A DNA stretch of 64,000 nt from Carcharhinus amblyrhynchos (taxonomy: Eukaryota), in NCBI GenBank assembly GCA_965287045.1, contig OZ336900.1:20398001-20462000 (forward strand), written 5' to 3'. Below are positions 26,638 to 38,399 of the stretch, piece by piece. The position numbers and the translations under genes were made by a program. The first letter of the stretch is position 1. Each line of letters opens with the position of its first letter. Under the pieces are notes generated by a model, which was given only the letters and a program-made list of their open reading frames with translations, made no database searches and was not told the origin of the DNA.

Positions 26638-27024
26638 CACTAAGAGAACTGTAATCTCAAATCATAATAAAGTCTAAATCATCAGAAAAAAAAATCAACC
26701 ATGTCATTCTGAATTTCTCCTTGTATTTAATTACCTGGAGGAAGCTTGAAACAAAGGAAGTCTCATGCAGCACCCAGTTCCCTCCTACGGATCTGTGTAA
26801 TTGCCTCATGCAATCAGTTATGGAAACAAAGAGCAATTGTGCTGCTTGGACTTTCAGTTTGAAAATCCTGATTGATCCTGAGTTGTGGACACATAACAGC
26901 TGCAGAAATCGCTGAACATGGGAAAAGCTGTTTGTTTAGTGAGGCAATCCAAACTGGAACCGAAGTTGCTCAGGTATTGTGGTGCTAAACCATGCAGATA
27001 TTTTGAGTTAGCTAATCTGCAGTG
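26638..27024 (+). pseudogene. possible highly decayed further SYT15 exons (about 26638-26759 and 26900-27024)
   Basis: short matches only: ITWRKLE vs IWRDLE, AEHG vs SEFG, GIVVL vs TVVVL; acag acceptor at 26899 and GTAAG donor at 27025. Confidence 0.3.
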
Positions 27025-29245
27025 GTAAGGTTCTACAATTTTCTTCAGTGGACCTTAGAACAGAGCAGGAAAAGAAAAGCTTCCTGCTCCTGATTGTTAT
27101 TCAGCAACTCCTCTCTGGATAATCCACAGCACAGATAAGAGAGTCAGGCTCCAGTGGTAAAACAATCTGCCAATGTGTACAGTCCAGGCAAGCGGTATTT
27201 TGCTGAGGGAAGACATCACCCATGGAACTATATCAAGCAAGAGTTTGCATCTTTGTCATAGGAAGGGAGAACAATATTAGCGCAGTGAAGAGGCCCACCC
27301 AGAATGGTGAAGCTTGCATTTTCAGCCACATTCTCATCAAGAGGCAGTTGGAGAGGAGCTGAATATAGACCACAAACTTCTTGATGAAATGAGGAAAAAA
27401 ATCACTGGGAGGGTTAGTCTGCAAGGTCATGAATAATATTAGGAGAAATAATGATAGGTTTCTTTCACTGATTGAGATATTTCCAAAATATAACAAAATT
27501 TAAGATAATCATAAAGTGCAGAGCAGTGGAATTAAACAAAGTAATTTACGTGGGAAGAAATATCTAGGCAGACCCGAAGGACCAATGGTCTGTCTTTGTG
27601 CTGAAACATTCTACGGTGGATGCTTAGCAGCCAAATTTCAATTACAGCTGCAATTATTATAAGGTCAAGAGAGGCAGCGGGATTTTCCAGCTGCACCCAA
27701 GACTGGGGAATCTCACCCGAGGTCAATGGACCTTTGCATGGTCTGTGTCCCATCCGCTACAATTCCGGTGGTGGGTGGGATGGGATAATTCCACTCAGGA
27801 AATCCACACATTACAGACAAGCATGTGGAAAGAAAATGTTGATATTTACTGATCTTCCCTTGCTCATGCTTTGTTATCTGGATGAAGCCATGTGCAGCGG
27901 CTCTCATGACAAAGGGGAGAACAACAGGAATCATAAGGGCATTGGTTCAAAAAATGTGCTTTTGTGTGCAACTGTGCCAAGAGACCTTCAGCTGAGTGAA
28001 TTCCCGCTATCCTGGAATCAGTCATATTGCTTCTTCAGCCCTTCTAAAAGCACCAGAGGCTGGTTGCCCTGGGTAAAGGTTACCCTTCACTACGTGTGGC
28101 TAATAGCATCTTTTCAGCTTTCACCTCCCGAGCTGAGTAGGCCTGCAACAAGAGCACTGAAGCCACTCAGAACATCATCAAGCAATCTATCTGCCTCCTC
28201 AAATAGTGATTCCACTGTCTGGACCATATAGCAGGAGCTATATTATGTTATATTATAGCACTATAATCCAGATCAGGTCTTGAAGTTTGTGGCGATCTGC
28301 CACATTCTCCAAAACTCAGTCATTATGAGGGCACAGCTATTGCCTCCAGAAATCCGGAGGCCATCTTCAGAGCTCAAGGAGGCATTGGAGGAGGAACAGG
28401 AGGTAGGGAGGAGACATCTTGGACTTGTAACCTATAGAAGAACAGATTATGTGGCTCTGCTTCCACTGAGACAGTTTTACTTGACCTACCTTTCCAAGTT
28501 GCTGCACACTTATCTGGAAATTCCATCACAGGGTTCCCTCATTCATAATCCAACAATAAAAGTCATCAACAAAAACCTTTCCATAACATCTTTATCCAAT
28601 AATACATCCAACTATACACAAAAAACAGATATACAGCCTTATGTGTTCTCTTCGTGCCTAATTTGAAGATGGCCTTGCCTCACCTGGTGCTACCATGCAG
28701 TGTTAACTCAGTAGCTGCAGCACGGCTGGTTGAAGGCTGTTAGGTTTTACTGGATGGTCTTGCAGGTCACCATCGAGAGCTCCGGGCCTTGACAACCCAG
28801 CTTTGGACAGCAAGCCTTGCTACGTGCAGCAGCAGTTTGGGCCGGTTGACAGACAGTGTTGGGTGCACCCAAAGTAAAGTTCTGGGGACCCAGGTTCGAA
28901 TCCCACCACGGTAGAGTGTGAAATTTGGATTCAATAAAAATCTGGAATTAGAAATCTAACGACAACCATGACACCGCTGTCCCCTTTAGGGAAGGAAATC
29001 TGCCATCCTTACCCGATCTGGCCTACATGTGACTCCAGATCGACAGCAACGTGGTTGACTCTCAGCTGCCCTCAGGGATGGTCAATAAATGCTGGCCCAG
29101 CCAGCAACATCCACGTCCACATCCCCTGTATGAGTTTTTTTAAAAAAACCTTCCTGACGCACACTGGTCCCACACCACCCCCACAGGCCATCCAGGGAGT
29201 TTGAGATTGGTAAATTCACCTTTCACTTTCTAACAAACTCAGAGG

Positions 29246-29418
29246 TTAACGATCAGGGCGGAAATCCAACAAATAGAATTCTTGTTTCATGGCAATGCTG
29301 TTTTCATCCAGGTGGAACTGGCTCTGCAATGTCAACATGTAACAGTCACTGGGATCTGCAAACAACGAGCAGCACAAATTTGCTATCACCATCCCATATG
29401 TCACCTTATCAGATGGCC
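29246..29418 (-). CDS. SHLD2: SHLD2 last coding exon, ending at TAA
   Basis: gttgcag|GG; (G)PSDKVTYGMVIANLCCSLFADPSDCYMLTLQSQFHLDENSIAMKQEFYLLDFRPDR* vs human PSSEITYGMVVADLFHSLL...[25 protein letters not shown]. Confidence 0.95.
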
Positions 29419-29570
29419 CTGCAACACATAAACCCAGCATTTCAGAGATTGAGCTTGCAAACAGATTCATCGAGACCCTTTCAATTTTAATGTTGATTTT
29501 CATTGTGAAACAGAACAATGAACTAATGTAATGAATGTAATGCAACTGCTCTGCTGACCAGACGAGACGA

Positions 29571-29904
29571 TAGTAGTCATGATGTGGATGTGCCGGCGTT
29601 GGACTGGGGTAAACACAGTAAAAAGTCTGACAACACCAGGTTTTAGTCCAACCGATTTATTTGATAGTAAACGCACAAGCTTTCGGGTTAGTCCCTTCGT
29701 CAGGTGAATGGAGAGTTCTGGCCTCAGACAGAGCATATAAAGCACAGACTGTTTACAGATTACAAACAGTCTGTGCTTTATATGCTCTGTCTGAGGCCAG
29801 AACTCTCCATTCACCTGACAAAGGGACTAACCCGAAAGCTTGTGCGTTTACTATCAAATAAATCGGTTGGACTAAAACCTGGTGTTGTCAGACCTTTTAC
29901 TGTG
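29571..29904. mobile_element. young self-inverted Penelope-like mini-element
   Basis: 141-bp arms at 29614-29754 and 29764-29904 with 2 mismatches seen, 9-nt loop, unpaired ~40-bp tail, TSD accagacgagacga (29557-29570 and 29905-29918). Confidence 0.9.
29674..29706 (-). ncRNA. minimal type I hammerhead ribozyme motif
   Basis: CAC-CUGACGA-AGGGACUAACCC-GAAA-GCUU-GUG; mirror copy on + at 29812-29844 has a CUGACAA core mutation. Confidence 0.7.
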
Positions 29905-30659
29905 ACCAGACGAGACGACAGAGGGGGTGAGGTGGAGGCATAGTGGTAACGCCACTGGGCAAGTAATCCAGAGGCCCATCTCTGGGAGAACACTGGAGAT
30001 GCAAATGAGATCAAGCCTTGGAGGAGGTGCAATGTCTATCCAATCAGCTTGGATAAGACAGGTGGTGAGAGGCCTGTCTTGTCAGCTTGGATCAGGAATG
30101 TCTCACTTGATGAGATTCAGAATTGGACTTTGATTGGATTGAATTGGATATATAAACAAAAAAATAAAAATAAATCAGGAATTGAAAGCTAGTCTCAGTA
30201 AATGTAACCAGGAAACCATCATTGATTGCTATTAAAAACCCACCTTGTTGGCTAATCTCCTTTGGGAAGGAAATTTGCCTCCTTTATCTGGTCTAGCCCA
30301 CAGGTGACTCCAGACTCATGTGATTGACTCTTAACTGTTCTCTGAAATGGCCAAGGATGTCACTTAAATTAGGGATGGGTAGTAAGTGCTGGCCTTGCCA
30401 GTGGCACCCACGTCCATGAAAGAATAAAGGGAAAAAAATTTCCGTTATAAGGCCACCAAAGAGCAGAGATCAATGAATAAAGTGATTATTTGAGCTTTCC
30501 AAAACCAGATGCGAGATATTGGAAAAATTAAAGGAACAAATTGGGTTTGGATTAGAATGCCACCCTTGATTTCCTATTTTCAATTAACCTTCGTGTTGTA
30601 CTTGGTCCAAAAATGAACTTCTGATCACATATCTATGTATCAATAAGGCCATCTACTTT

Positions 30660-31075
30660 CAGCTCTGTAGCATCGCCTCACTGCTCTGCCTCAGTTCATT
30701 TGCTGAGGAAACCCTTATCCTTGGTTACCCCGAGGCTCGACTAGGCCAAAGCACTTCTGGCTGGCCTGTCACATTCCACTCTTTGTTAGAGTTGTGTCGT
30801 TCAAACCTCTGCAGGCTGCTTGCTGACTCGCATCATATCCCATTCGCCACCACTCCTCTGCCCAATGACCAACACTGGCTCACAATTAAGTAAATCTTCA
30901 ATTTTAAAATGTTCACCCTTGTTTTCAAGTCCCTCCAAGGTCTCATCCCTCCCTACGTCTACAACGTTCTCCAGTCCCAAAATACTCTAGACTACCAACA
31001 ATCTGCTTTCTGTGAAATATATATGCAGTTACTGGTCAGCTTTCTAAGTATCCCTGATTTTAATCTTGCATTGGT
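30660..31075 (+). mobile_element. L2 LINE fragment
   Basis: decayed VT.RLD..ALLAGL motif and L2-like 3' region. Confidence 0.65.
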
Positions 31076-31460
31076 TGGCCTTGACTAGTGGGGTGTTGCA
31101 AGAACCAGTACTTGCTTACAATATATATCAATGAATTAGATACAAGGCCCAAGTGCAATATTTCCAAGTAACACAAAGCTAGATGGGAATGTGTGTTGTG
31201 AAGAAAATGCAAAGCGGCTTCAAGAGTATTTGAACAGAATTTTCCAGCCCTGCCTACTGCCGGGATCTTCTGGTCCCACTGAAAGAAAATGAATTTACGG
31301 CTGGCTCAATGCTATACCCTGTGGCGGGTCCTGCCGGGGAGGGGCTGAAAAATCCCACCCAGTAAGTGGACAGGAACATGGCAGATGTGGAAATATAATA
31401 CGGGAAAATGTGAGGTTAACCATTTTGATAGAAATAACAGATGTGCAGAATAATACCAAA
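31075..31460 (+). mobile_element. CR1 RT fragment interrupted by a MITE-like element (~31237-31362)
   Basis: TSGV.Q..., W.M....KCEV.HF motifs on either side. Confidence 0.6.
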
Positions 31461-31588
31461 AAGCTACCAAAGCTTTAAGCTCTGGAATGACCTCCATAAA
31501 TATTCCTGCTTCTCGATCTTGTTTCCCTCCTACTGTCTGACTATCTTGGTAACATCCTTTACTCAAGATACAAGTTGAGATCAGATAC

Positions 31589-31704
31589 CTATGAGTCTGC
31601 TTAGCCAGGTAGGAGGAATATTAAGAAATATCTTCTCCATGAGTTTGGATGAGATACGGACGTCAATCCGGGAATCTTGGTCTGTTACAACAAGCATCGT
31701 GGGC
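31589..31704 (-). CDS. SHLD2: SHLD2 penultimate coding exon, 116 bp (not in the ORF track)
   Basis: ttttcccag|G...ATAG|gtatct; PTMLVVTDQDSRIDVRISSKLMEKIFLNIPPTWLSRLI vs human [38 protein letters not shown]; phase 2-1. Confidence 0.93.
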
Positions 31705-31949
31705 CTGGGAAAACAAAAGAAAACATGTCAGCCGACATTCCAAACCAACTCCAGAGCTTGCTACTGACTGACTGGCAATGTGCAGGGGTCTCCTGACATC
31801 TCTTCAGGCTAGGTACACTATTGACATACTTATGCTGGATTGCATTGGTTACTATAAATAAATGCTTTTATAAAATCATTATGTTTTGGACTGTCTCTTC
31901 AGTTTAAGGTGAAATGAGCTAATGAAGAAAGGCCTATGATCTGCTATGA

Positions 31950-34200
31950 ATTTGGCCCATAGCAAGCCAGAAATTGTTGAAAGGCATGTGCTAGATTTTA
32001 ACATCTAAATGCAAAGGTAGAAGCAAATGTTCTTATTACTGCTGACTTTCTGTTTCAGAGACTTTGAACAAAGACAGAACGAGGCAGACGAAGAGGGGGA
32101 GAGAGAGAGAGAGAGAGAGAGAGGGGGAGATGCAGTTGCTGTGGTCTGCAGAGGAAAAGAGCTATTTAGCTATCAGGCAGAAAGTTGGGAGAACCTTGTC
32201 CACTGCTCAAAGAGAAGGGAACTGCAGCATTTTAAGGGCACTGGAAGATTTGTCCTGGTGAGACTGGGAGGAGAAATCACCAGCCAGGGCCTTACTGCTG
32301 AAAGCCAGTTAGGAAATCCTCAGGGCACTGAGAGAAAGAATGCCTTCAGCAGTCAGTGAATGCTACAACTCAGTGAAACAGGGAGTTGGGGGCAACTTTC
32401 TGAAGTGATTGCAATTCTGTGGAAAGTGTATGGTAAAGTATATATGCAGTGTGGGATTATTGGTCATTTTAATACATTAATAAATCTTTTCTGTAGATTA
32501 GAGCATAAATTGCCCACAAGTAACATTTAGTCAATATTGCTTTTGGCTGGGTTGTTACCTGACAAGTCTCAAAACTTGTCATGCAATTCCTTTAAGTCAG
32601 TCATTGGGAATTCAATTCTTATTTAAAGTTAGTGGTCTCCACAGAATCGTAACAAATTGCAGGATGCAAATCCAGAGGCTGGGAATGAGTACACTGGGAT
32701 TTGTCAGAGTTTAAACTAACAAGATTTCATAGTTACTGTTTCTATACTCAGTGCAACGTGCCTTACGCCAATTGCTGAAGCATTAGTTGAAAGTGAGGAC
32801 CAATCAGCGTACCTTGCAACAATTAGCAAAAGCCTAACTGATGGCAGTTTGAGAGAAATAGAAAATATATTTAAAAGTGGGAGCTAAAATGATAGAAATT
32901 ATTGAGGTTTTGGCTGAACACCTGAATTTCTATAGCTCACAAGCTGCAAATGCGATAATTAGAATTTGAGTCAGAAAGGCAGGAACCTGAAAGAAAGAGA
33001 AATTAAAAATAATGAATTCAAAAGAGAGAGAAAAGAGAGAGAAAGGAAATATAAGATTTGACCTTGAGTTTTCAAGAGCAAGAGGGAGAAGAAGAAAATC
33101 TTAAATCCCAGAACCTGGATAGAGAAAAACTTCAATTACACTAACCAGGGACAGCAGGAGAACTTGACAATGATTCAGATTTAATTCCTGGTTTGGATAT
33201 GGCAAGAAATATTTGCCTGGTGCCAAAGTTCAGTGAGGAAGGAATTGAAAGGTATTTTGCATCGTTTGAGAAAATTGCTACAAAGTTACAGGAAAGAGTT
33301 TTTTTTTAATTCCAGGATTTGGATGTTACTGCCAGCATTTATTGCCCATCCCTCATTGCTCTTGAGGTGGTGGTGGTCAGCTGCCTTCTTGAACTGCTGC
33401 AGTCCATGTGGTGTAGGTACACCCACAGTGCTGTTAGGGGAGGAGGAGTTGCAAAGCATGTTCATGGAGAAAGTGTAAGGAGTTTATCTGTTGCTTTTAG
33501 ATGTACAGACTAGTGATTATGAGACATTGGAGAATGCTATTCTCAAACTGCATGAGTTAGTCCAGGAAGCTTACTGACAAAAGTTTAAAAATCTAAGGAA
33601 GAAACAGAATCATTCTGTGGAATTAGTTAGAGAAAAGGAAATTATATTTGATATTTGCCACAGGGTATGAAGATTGATTTGGAATTCTGAAACCCTTAAA
33701 GAGGCTTTCATGGAAGAATTTAAAAATAGTGTCCTTTTAAAAATAAGGCGCCAGCAAAAAGATCAATATGTTTCTCAGATAAAAGCAGCACTGTAATAGC
33801 TGATGACTATGAATTAACTCACAAACATGGGTAGCAGCAGGCTGTTGTTTGTAAATCCACACAGAAACTGCAGAGAATCAAGGACTGATAATGAACAGAA
33901 TACTGCTTAAACTGAGGTAGCAGAAAGGAAAAGAGATTCTCTTCAAGATAGTATGAGAGCTAAGTATGATTCAAGGGGCCCTATAGTTTATTTTTGTTAT
34001 AAGAGAGGGACATTTGAAGATATCTTGTTGGAAATAAAAGCACAGATGGATGCATATCAAGTGACTGCAGAAAATGTTGCACCAGCAGGTGGCACTTGTG
34101 ACAAAACGATAGCTTTGACTGTACTTAGGTGATGGGAAACTCCTTACAACATGGGACAGATCAAGGAGGTTCAGAATTAGCCCCCATTCTGTGCTTCACA
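31950..34200 (+). mobile_element. decayed Gypsy (Gmr1-like, SCAN-type gag) LTR retrotransposon: LTR ending ...TAACA at 32654, then gag remnant
   Basis: LDMARNICLVPKFSEEGIERYFASFEKIA, DYETLENAILK.HELVQEAY*QKFKNLRK, MEEFKNSV, ADDYELTHK and a zinc-knuckle remnant; interrupted by an L2-like tail at 33300-33445; 5' LTR start uncertain. Confidence 0.75.
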
Positions 34201-35702
34201 ATAACTGACCATTGGAGCTTCCCTCAATAAAGGATAGAGAAAGTATCAGCCAGTTTGTTTACCTCATGCTATATAGTGATTTCTGCTGTAAAACGTACAG
34301 TGAGGAGACAACTAAGCTTGGGATTTTCAAAGTTAACAAGTGGAACTTTCCTTGTTTTTGATTGCTGGCTTAAATTTTTCATCTGAGAGGACTTAGTCTG
34401 GCAAATCAATGACATGACGATTGGTGCAGGGAGCAGAGCAAGTGTTTTTTCCATTCACGCTGATGATGTGAGTCACTGCCTCACAAATAAATAGAGTTAG
34501 AACCACTGTAAAGGTCTTTGATTTCCACTCCAGGAGGCACTCAGATAGTATAGGAGTTAGTCTGATGCTAATTAACCCTCCCTCTGCACTGCTTGCTCCG
34601 ACCTCCAATCTGATCAAAAAGTCAGTCGGGCCAAAGATTAGTGGCAATCATCTTTCTGAGACCTCCTCCGCTGGCCCCACCAGTATTCACAGGAGATGTA
34701 GTAGCATTCCAATGGTAGGTGACTGTGTCAGTAGGGATGCATTCAGGGCCCCACTCTGCACTCGCCCAACCCCCGTGCCGATGGCAGAACATCAGTAAGA
34801 TCTTGTAGATTTTTGGTTGATTATTTGGGATTTTCCCCTCCACCGAAAAATGTCAGTGGCCACATTTGTCTCATTAGAAAAAGGAGGTGGTGAATACTTT
34901 CAAGGAAGATCCATGATCAAACACATGTTAATGGTTTGGATGCCTAGAGAAGTCCATAAGCACCAGTTGGCAGGCTTTCACAAAGCACACTGGTCACCAA
35001 TCATAACTCAATCCGCTGCCAGATTCAGATTAACCAGTGATAATAGAACTGCCCCTCCATTTCTATATCAATGGTTCATTGATGGGCAATTGGAGGCTGT
35101 GGCCCTTACAAGGCCCTGAAGTAACTGGCCTGACTGTCACTCCATTCAGCGCATTCCCACTGGAGTTAGGCAAGGGCTGTGTCAGAAGGGAAGCTCATTT
35201 TTGGCCCAATTACCTCACCACATCCACAAATTTTAAACACCATGGTGGTACGTGAAGATCTTTGTTTGCCACATGAAATAGAACTGTAAATAATTTTACA
35301 TCATAAAAACAACACCATAGGGTCTATTTCAATGTTTCTCTCCACTCAAGCCTTCTCACTTCATCAGGGCACCTTTCTATTGCTTTCTTCCTTGTACTTA
35401 CCCAGCTTCCCCTAAAATCAATCCATATTATTCACCTTACCTACCTCACATGGTAGCAAAATTCACAGTTTGTCACTCAGTGTAAAGAATTTTCCCTGAA
35501 TTTATTACTATCTTATCTTCATGGCCCTATAGTTTCATATTTTTGCATATACATTTTCACAATTATCTGTGTCATTTCTTCTTATAGGTTATCAAATTAT
35601 TGCATGACCCACTTACAGCCTTCTAACACTTTCCTGTTTATCTTTTTTCATGAATACATGATGTGGGGACCATAGGAGAAAAGTTTTGGATAGAATTCTT
35701 AC

Positions 35703-35937
35703 CGGTAAAAGGTTTGCAGGTTGCTATTTGGTAAGCATGGAATACATTGCTGGTAGATGCCATTTTCATCAAGTCCCAGTTCAGAGCCACAGTTTCCACA
35801 GCCTGAGTACGTAAAATGGGAGATAGAGGCAAAAACTGTCTCCATCGGAGTGATGGCATCCATCGTGAATAAGGGAGTAAGGGTAGAAAGGGCATTCCAC
35901 TGCATTGCTACTATGTGAGTCTTCAGTTGAACACTTC
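35703..35937 (-). CDS. SHLD2: SHLD2 coding exon, 235 bp, CxxC...CxxC zinc-binding motif
   Basis: tttgcag|GA...TACCG|gtaaga; ...YSGCGNCGSELGLDENGIYQQCIPCLPNSNLQTFYR vs human [27 protein letters not shown]; phase 1-2. Confidence 0.95.
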
Positions 35938-36084
35938 CTGCAAAGAGACACAGAGATAACAAAGAACTTAATTATTTGGACATTAGTTATTGGAAAAGTG
36001 GTGGAATTTATTATTAAGGAAAGCTTAACAGTGCACTTAAAAAAGCACAGTATCATTAGAACAAGTCAACATAATCAAGGACTC

Positions 36085-36372
36085 CACGTGCCCCAAATAC
36101 TCTCTCTTCCATCTTCTTTTGACAGGAAAAAGATACAGAAGTCAGAGATCTTGTACCAACCAACTCAAGAACAACTTCTTCCCTGCTGCCATCAGACTTT
36201 TGAATGGACCTACCTTATATTAAGTTGATCTTTCTCTACACCCTAGCTATGATTCTAACACTACATTCTACACCCTCTCCTCTCCTTCTCTGTGTATAGT
36301 ATGTTTTGTCTGTATAGCATGCAAGAAACAATATTTTTCACTGTATGCTAATACATGTGACAATAATAAAAC
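36085..36372 (+). mobile_element. Rex1/Babar-type LINE 3' end inserted in a CR1 fragment (35975-36945)
   Basis: GKRYRS...LKNNFFPAAIRLLN; ends atgtgacaataataaa. Confidence 0.72.
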
Positions 36373-37634
36373 CATGTCGATTTAACTTGATTTATGAAAG
36401 GATGTTTGAGGATGTAACTAGTAAAATAGGTAGAGAAACCACTAGATATAATACATTTGGATTTCCAAAGGCATTCAATAAAGTGCCATACAAAACTTTA
36501 ATATTCAAGGTAAGGAATTGTGGAGTTGGAAGTAGCGTGAAAAGGTAGGGCAATCTAAAACTAAAGGGCATAGGTTTAAAAAGCAAGAGGGGAGAGATAC
36601 AAAAGGATCCAGAGGGCATTTTTTTCACTCAGAGGTGGTGAGTGTCTGGAACAAGCTGCCAGAGTCAGTAGTAGAGATGGGCACAATTTTGTCTTTTAAA
36701 AAGCACTTAGACAGTTACATGGGTAAGATGGGTATAGAGGGATATGGCCAAACGTGGACAAGTGGGACTAGTTTAGTGGTTAAAAACTGGGCTGCATGGA
36801 CAAGCTGGGCCAAAGGGTCTGTTTCCATGCTGTAAACCTCTATGAAACTTTTTAAATATTTAAGGTTATGAAGGGCTTGAGAGGGGAGATAACTAAAACA
36901 TTGTTTCCCCTGACTAGGGAATCTAGAATAAGGGGGCATTGGTTATGGACTTGTCAGTTATTAGTGAATGGGTCACTTGAGCCAGGTCTGCCTCAGATGA
37001 TTTCTCTACATTTGTCAGGCACAGAACTTCACTTTTCTCAGGAAATCACACCTATTGAACACCATTCGTTTGTCAGCCTTTAAAGTTCAACCTTGGTGTC
37101 ACCTAATCATTAGTTCTTGATTTCCACCATTTTCACTTCTGCTCCTGTAGTATCCTGATAAAGCTCTTTCACAGTTTACATTTTTCAGTTAAAGTATGAA
37201 AAAAAAGTACACAAGAAAGAGAAACGATACCTGGCCAACGGTACTGGAAGGATTTAAAGTATTAACTCGATGAGGCGTTGCAGAATATGCACAATGAACA
37301 TAATAAATGATTCTGTGTGTACATTTACATACAGACAGTCTCCTTTAACCAGTCAATCCAAATGAAGGAGATTGTTAGTTCTGACACACTAATCAATGAT
37401 GCAGAATTGATTGTAAAGTGTTTCTAAGAATCACAGAGTGCGAGATTCACTGTATCAGTATGCAATAAATAACCTCTTCTCAGCTGGTGTCAGCTTTGGG
37501 TCCCATCAATAAATCTGATCTCAATTAACAGCAGTTACAGGATGGTCTGCATCAGTGTGAATGAACTACTCTTATGACAATTATTGGGTATATAGAGAAG
37601 TTACTTCTATTTGTTGTAAAGTAGAACAGAGTGG

Positions 37635-38165
37635 CCATTATCTGAAGAAGGATGTTCTTGCTGTCGAGGGAGTGCTGCAAAAGTTTATTAGGCTGATCCT
37701 GGGGATGACAGGACTCATGTATGAGGAGAGATTGACTAGGTTAGGATTGTTTTCGCTGGATTTTAGGTGAACGAGGAGGGATCTCACAGAGACTTACAGA
37801 ACTCTAACAGGTATAGACAGGATAGATGCAGTGAGGATGTTCCCAATGGTGGGAAAGTCCAGAACCAGGGGTCACAATCTGAGGATTTGGGGTAGACCAT
37901 TGAGGACGGAGGTGGGGAGCCATTTCTTCACCCAAAGAGTGGTGAGTCAGTGGAATTTATTACCACAGGAAGTAGTTGATGTCAAAACATTTAATGCATT
38001 CAAGAGGCAGCTGGATATAGCACTTGGGGCAAATGGGATCAAAAGTTATGGGGAAAAAGCAGGATTAGAGTACTGAGTTGGATGATTAGCATGATCGTAA
38101 GAAATGGCAGAGTAGGCTCGAAGAGCCAAATGATCTCCTCCTGCTCCTATCTTCTATGTTTCTAT
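37635..38165 (+). mobile_element. CR1 3' end
   Basis: YEERLTRLGLFSL, FFTQRVVSQWNLLP and 3' UTR. Confidence 0.88.
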
Positions 38166-38399
38166 TACAGGTAAATATAAGGGCCATAAGGGGGATTGGA
38201 AAACAAACAAGTGTGAGATACTTTGTCACAAGTATGATTGATACTAAATCACTTACAGCTTTCAAAGGGACTGGATAGTTACATAATGAAGACAAGTATA
38301 AAAGTTATAGGCAGGAGGTAATAAATTGGGATGCATTTGGACAGCTGGAAATGAGACCGTGTAAAATTAATTCCTAAGAGAGGGATAGGATCTGATTTT

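Noticed and set aside
26233-26640. 135-aa repetitive ORF
   Set aside because: Product of the tandem repeat; no splice or homology support.
27620-28231. 203-aa ORF as a protein-coding gene
   Set aside because: No recognisable domain, non-ATG start, and it overlaps MITE-like sequence.
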